A stretch of DNA of 64,000 nt from Thermoproteota archaeon (GTDB lineage Archaea; Korarchaeota; JAOZGF01; JAOZFZ01). Below the pieces are notes generated by a model. It was not told where the DNA came from. It worked only from the letters and a program-made list of their open reading frames with translations, and did no database searches. The translations under genes were made by a program, and so were the position numbers. The stretch lies in NCBI GenBank assembly GCA_027492035.1, contig JAOZFT010000035.1:85923-149922 (forward strand), written 5' to 3'. Shown piece after piece: positions 59,667 through 64,000 of the stretch. The stretch's first letter is position 1; each line of letters opens with the position of its first letter.

Positions 59667-60386
59667 TCACCTAGTCCCTTTGTCTAGAATCAATGCCCCC
59701 TCTAACCCCCTTCTTATATAATCCAGTGCATGGTCTCCCGTGTTAAATAGTAAATCAATAACGGAGAGATACGGGACAAAGTTCCCATATAATTGTTGGT
59801 AAACGGGATGTTTATATTCATACCAATAGAGACGGATTTCTGCATCCCTAAACTTAGTAACGTCTATATACGCTTTTGCTGCTGGGCCTGTAATATATTC
59901 GTTAGCTCCTAGTTTGTCTAATATGTTTATCAGTCTCTCGGTTTTCCTGCCCTTAACCTTAAGGTCTGAGGATAGGAGAAACTCGGTGTCGTTTAGATGT
60001 AATAAATTTGATATTTCTCTTATTATTGTTATGTTTAGATCTACCAGTTTCTCAAATCTGTGATCGTATATGTCTGCCAGAGACCCGCTATACCTACCAA
60101 AAAATTTGGCTTTATTATACGCGTGTCTGATAGTTTGCCAGTGTTTCACAGCCCAGTTAACCTTATTATTTATTTTAACTTCGTTTATCTTTTGGCCAAA
60201 CCTCCTTATCACGGGTACTGATAGCCAAATCCAGCTCTTGTTAGGCATTTTTATTCTATTCCGACGCTGCCATGATCGATGCACAAATTGAACGTCATCG
60301 TAGAATACAAAGACGTCGGCCACCTCGATTAAACCGAAATATCCTATCCACGGAAGATATAGAGGCTGCAATATTACTACCCTCAT
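59667..60386 (-). CDS. WbqC family protein
   Basis: QPLYLPWIGYF, DDVQF, RNRI, Y.Q....FVPYLSVIDLLFN. Confidence 0.9.
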   Translation of the reverse strand: MRVVILQPLYLPWIGYFGLIEVADVFVFYDDVQFVHRSWQRRNRIKMPNKSWIWLSVPVIRRFGQKINEVKINNKVNWAVKHWQTIRHAYNKAKFFGRYSGSLADIYDHRFEKLVDLNITIIREISNLLHLNDTEFLLSSDLKVKGRKTERLINILDKLGANEYITGPAAKAYIDVTKFRDAEIRLYWYEYKHPVYQQLYGNFVPYLSVIDLLFNTGDHALDYIRRGLEGALILDKGTR

Positions 60387-61030
60387 GGTCTCTCTCTCGG
60401 CTCCTTATAAATATATAATGTAAACTCCCAGAGCTGGTAATCATGCCTTATTATTATCCACCTGCTTAGATTATTTACAGAAAAGGAAATTATATCCCCG
60501 ATGGGACAGTAATAGAGAGTGGGGTCTCTCCATTCAACAAACTCTGTCATAAAATTGACTGAAATGCCTTTTTTACATAATTTCCACAATTTTAACAATA
60601 TAGATTGTAACCATTCCCTGTGAACGACATCATTGGCGTCCAGCTTTATGTAAAAAACACCTGATACAAGTATGTAGTCAAAGAAACCCTTGAAATACTC
60701 AAGATCATCTTTTAAGACGTCTATTACCCTAAACGTGCCGTTAGGATGTCTGCTTTTGGCAGCAGCTATCATTTTCTCTGAAATGTCCCACCCGTAGTAA
60801 ATGCAATTTATACACTTTTCTTTAAGAAAATCAAGCAGTAGGGCATTTCCACACCCAAAATCCAGTATTCTCTTGCAGTTTAGATCATCTATTTCTGTTA
60901 ATATTTTGAATCTTAACCAAGTCTTCTCTCTTCCTATCCAATGAGCAGCTTCGGGCGAGTTAATATCATGCTTATCCAAGCATGACTCATATTCTTTCTT
61001 TATTCTCTCTGTATGGCTTTCTATTTCCAT
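60383..61030 (-). CDS. Class I SAM-dependent methyltransferase
   Basis: ILDFGCG, DISEKMI and SGVF motifs. Confidence 0.85.
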   Translation of the reverse strand: MEIESHTERIKKEYESCLDKHDINSPEAAHWIGREKTWLRFKILTEIDDLNCKRILDFGCGNALLLDFLKEKCINCIYYGWDISEKMIAAAKSRHPNGTFRVIDVLKDDLEYFKGFFDYILVSGVFYIKLDANDVVHREWLQSILLKLWKLCKKGISVNFMTEFVEWRDPTLYYCPIGDIISFSVNNLSRWIIIRHDYQLWEFTLYIYKEPRERP

Positions 61031-61046
61031 TATTTATCCCTCTCAT

Positions 61047-61958
61047 CTACTCTGTTTCGAGTATCGCGTAGCCAAACCCGGTTTTCCCATAGCTATTTCC
61101 ATTGTACAACATATACTTTCTTCCTGCATGCTCAAACACAAAGGGGTAGCATATCATCTCTGAGTTCCACCCTGATTCGGAGACATCAATTCCGGCCTCT
61201 TCATCCTTCCTCTTCCAGTGAATCCCATCCTCTGACTCAGCATATCCTATCCGATAGGAGGTTATGGCATAGCTATACCACATTTTATATATTCCATCTT
61301 CCTTTCTTACGCATGGACGGCCTATACGAGTCTCACCCTTGTACCTGAAGTCTATACATGTTATTCCTTCCCTTCTCCAGTGAATCCCATCCTCTGACTC
61401 AGCATATCTGATATTATAGTAATATATGGGCCTTCCATTTTCCACTCTAAAGTCCTTTGCGGAGACATACCACATCCTCCAGACATTTTCCTCCTTTAAG
61501 ACACAGGCTGCTTGGGTTAGGTATGGATCAAAGTCATTTCTATCCATTATGGGCGCTCTCGAATATCTCTTAAATGTTCTTCCACCATCATAGCTAATCG
61601 CTAGTCCAATTGCAGCGTAGTACGGAACGCTAACACCTTGTGCCCATCCTGTGTAGTACATGTAGAGGAGCTCGCCATGCCTCACAATCCAAGGTGCCAG
61701 CACGCCGCTATCGTCAAAAAGCCCGGGCCTTCCGACTCTTAGAACAGGCTTTGGAGATAAATAGGTAATCTTAATAGAATCTTGCAGCTTAACCTCAATG
61801 TAGCCCTGTTGGGTCTTGTTCTCTTTGTTTCTACCACCAAAATATATTCTGTATCTATCATTACTCAGATATAAGGCAAAGGGAGTTGAGGCATGGGTGA
61901 TTACCCAGTCATACTGCGCCCTCGGTTCGAATATCAAACCCCTTTTCTTCCACTTCAT
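61047..61958 (-). CDS. Five-bladed beta-propeller glycoside hydrolase-like protein (GH32/43/130 superfamily)
   Basis: FDDSG, YMYYTG, IGLAIS.DG, YAES.DGIHW repeats, MLYNGN.YG..GFG. Confidence 0.72.
   Translation of the reverse strand: MKWKKRGLIFEPRAQYDWVITHASTPFALYLSNDRYRIYFGGRNKENKTQQGYIEVKLQDSIKITYLSPKPVLRVGRPGLFDDSGVLAPWIVRHGELLYMYYTGWAQGVSVPYYAAIGLAISYDGGRTFKRYSRAPIMDRNDFDPYLTQAACVLKEENVWRMWYVSAKDFRVENGRPIYYYNIRYAESEDGIHWRREGITCIDFRYKGETRIGRPCVRKEDGIYKMWYSYAITSYRIGYAESEDGIHWKRKDEEAGIDVSESGWNSEMICYPFVFEHAGRKYMLYNGNSYGKTGFGYAILETE
61214..61408. repeat. Perfect 33-bp direct repeat (61214-61246 and 61376-61408)
   Basis: TCCAGTGAATCCCATCCTCTGACTCAGCATATC twice; encodes YAESEDGIHW on the minus strand. 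Confidence 0.9.
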
Positions 61959-61988
61959 ATAAACACCAAAAGTGAGGCTACTTCTGCG

Positions 61989-62666
61989 TTATCTACTCTC
62001 GTAGCTGTTGACCACCCGAAGCAACTTTGCTGGATGACCTCCATATACTCCTCCCTTCTCCGTATCTTTTATTATTAAAGCATGCGCCCCAATAATGCAA
62101 TCGTCTGCTATAGTGATTCCATCCCTTATCGTAGCGTTTACGCCAATAAAACAGTATTTCCCCATCTTTACGTGACCAGAGATAACTGCATGAGAGGCTA
62201 TAAAGCAGTGTTTACCTATCACTGTGTGATGTCCTATGTGATTTCCACTCCACACAATAACATCATCGCCTATTACAACATATGGCTGAATCACGTTTGC
62301 TTCAAATATAAAGCAGTTATCGCCGATCTTTACGTTATCCCAGACCATCGCCTTTGAGCACACATAACTTATGAGTCGGTAGCCCTTTCTCTTAGCCTCA
62401 TTGTACCTGTTTGCCCTCACCCTATTTAATCCACTATAGGCTATTGCAATAAACATCTTGTATTCATCAGGTGGGTAAATGTCTTCTACCCTCTCAAAGG
62501 GGACAACAGGTAGGCCTAGCTTTTCCCTTACGTTAATGTATTTCTCATTTACGGTAAAGGCTACGGCCTCATATGGGCTATCCTTCATGAGATAATTATA
62601 TGCAACCTCACCAAAGCTTCCCGTTCCGAATATAACTACCTTCTCATACTTTCTATTCATCAGCAA
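61989..62666 (-). CDS. Hexapeptide-repeat sugar acetyltransferase (NeuD/PglD-like)
   Basis: IFGTG Rossmann-like start; IG.NC.I / IGHH / IG.H left-handed beta-helix repeats; GHPAK. Confidence 0.85.
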   Translation of the reverse strand: MLMNRKYEKVVIFGTGSFGEVAYNYLMKDSPYEAVAFTVNEKYINVREKLGLPVVPFERVEDIYPPDEYKMFIAIAYSGLNRVRANRYNEAKRKGYRLISYVCSKAMVWDNVKIGDNCFIFEANVIQPYVVIGDDVIVWSGNHIGHHTVIGKHCFIASHAVISGHVKMGKYCFIGVNATIRDGITIADDCIIGAHALIIKDTEKGGVYGGHPAKLLRVVNSYESR

Positions 62667-62727
62667 TCACCTACTTCAGCGCGCTATACCATTATAAATA
62701 CTTATGTTTTTAGTATTTTATTCATTA

Positions 62728-63855
62728 CTATAAAAGACTATCATAAATTTTTTCAATTTTTTGCATATTTTTCTTTAAATCAAAAAATTTTAAAGCTGCC
62801 ATCCTAGATTCACGGCTGATCCTCCTCCTTAACCCTTCATCCTTTAAGAGTAAAATTAGTTTCTCGGCTAAATCCCTAGGATCTAATTGCCGGTAGGTTA
62901 ATCCTCTAAACCAAGTGGCTGTTCTCACATCCAAAACATCACTTATGAGTTGCGGTGTTCCGCAGGCCATAGCCTCCCTTGTCGTTTGTCCTGCCCCGCT
63001 TCTTCCACTTGAAGCTATAACGCTCCTTAAGGGGTCAATGTAGTAGTCGCTAATTGTATCTACGTACACATCGACACTAGCAAGATACTTCGGCATTTTG
63101 TAGTCTGGAACTCTTCCAACAAATAACACTTTATCCAAAACTTTCAGACTCTGGGCTAGTTCTACCAGTTTTGATTTAAGAGGGCCTCCCCCTAACATGA
63201 TGAACTTAACATTTCTGACTTCCTTTACTACAAAGGGTATTGCTTTGATGAGGACGTTTACATGATAACTCGGCTTCCATCGTCTGGCGCATAGCACCAG
63301 GCACCCGTTGTCCCCTCCTAGTTCTCTGCGAAGATCCTCTGATCTTGCCTTAGGCGAGAAAAAATTGTTATCCACACCCCATAGCTGCATAAATATCTTT
63401 TTTGGGTCACATCCCAGCTTTATTAGCTGTTTACTCACAATTTCACTACCAGAATGAACGAGATCTGCTTTTTTAATGGCATATCTTATGAGGAGACCGT
63501 GAAACATTGATCTTCTTGGGTCAACGATGACATCATCCCCCCATGTGCTCAGAAGAAAGGGATGAAAGTTTAAAAAGCTTCCATACACGCCATACACCGA
63601 AATGTAATGTGCATGTAGGATGTCAGGTTTGATCCTTTTAATGGCCTCTCTTACTTTATGTATTCTTAACACGTATGCCATTTTATTGAAGTAACTGACC
63701 TTATGAACAGTAACTCCTTCAATTGAATCAACAACAAAAGTTATCAGATGAACATCATACCCCCTACCTGCAAAGTATCCCAACCATCGTTTGACATGTA
63801 GACTTTTTCCATTTGCAAGGAAAGCTAACCTGATCGCATTGACCATCCGATTCAC
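62728..63855 (-). CDS. Glycosyltransferase family 4
   Basis: KPDILHAH, WGDD, GVD, GGGP and EAMACG motifs. Confidence 0.88.
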   Translation of the reverse strand: MNRMVNAIRLAFLANGKSLHVKRWLGYFAGRGYDVHLITFVVDSIEGVTVHKVSYFNKMAYVLRIHKVREAIKRIKPDILHAHYISVYGVYGSFLNFHPFLLSTWGDDVIVDPRRSMFHGLLIRYAIKKADLVHSGSEIVSKQLIKLGCDPKKIFMQLWGVDNNFFSPKARSEDLRRELGGDNGCLVLCARRWKPSYHVNVLIKAIPFVVKEVRNVKFIMLGGGPLKSKLVELAQSLKVLDKVLFVGRVPDYKMPKYLASVDVYVDTISDYYIDPLRSVIASSGRSGAGQTTREAMACGTPQLISDVLDVRTATWFRGLTYRQLDPRDLAEKLILLLKDEGLRRRISRESRMAALKFFDLKKNMQKIEKIYDSLL

Positions 63856-64000
63856 CAGGTTAATTACAGGATTGCTGAAAAATGTGGATACACATTCACT
63901 GTATCAGTTAATTCTTTACCTGAAAGAATTAAAGGAGCCTCTAGGAAGGAAGGTTTATAAGCCCCCTTTTCAAAACCAAGTAAATGTTTATAAGCCCATT

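Noticed and set aside
1-64000. CRISPR array, tRNA or rRNA genes
   Set aside because: No regularly spaced repeats, cloverleaf with T-loop consensus or long GC-rich rRNA-like tract was seen by eye; tRNAscan-SE and Infernal were not run.

Overview
AT-rich archaeal chromosomal segment. Isopentenyl-phosphate kinase, TrmB, PDCD5-like, Hjc-like and HEPN-MNT genes point to an archaeon, probably an anaerobic TACK/Bathyarchaeia-like lineage (inference). From 1 to about 48.6 kb it is mostly intact metabolic genes: fatty-acyl-CoA activation and oxidation; an fdhD / divergent cysK-like / TrmB-MocA-fusion cluster; a copper resistance locus (Lrp-TRASH regulator plus CopA); a DtxR-regulated Zn/Mn ABC transporter; MobA; IPK; an AEP primase-like protein with an unassigned C-terminal domain; two tandem CLC-CBS proteins; and a complete hypA-F set with a Tat-less [NiFe]-hydrogenase that resembles group 1h but keeps canonical group 1 active-site motifs. 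From about 48.7 to 57.4 kb is a decayed accessory zone (DUF5320/NifX, ATPase, MNT-HEPN, two HicAB, TnpB, DUF3782-like and ATP-grasp remnants, plus an intact VapBC). From 57.5 to 63.9 kb is a surface-glycan cluster. No rRNA, tRNA or CRISPR array was recognised. Top leads: the 1h-related hydrogenase, the TrmB-MocA fusion regulator and the AEP fusion protein. All family calls come from motif recognition by eye; no database search was run.
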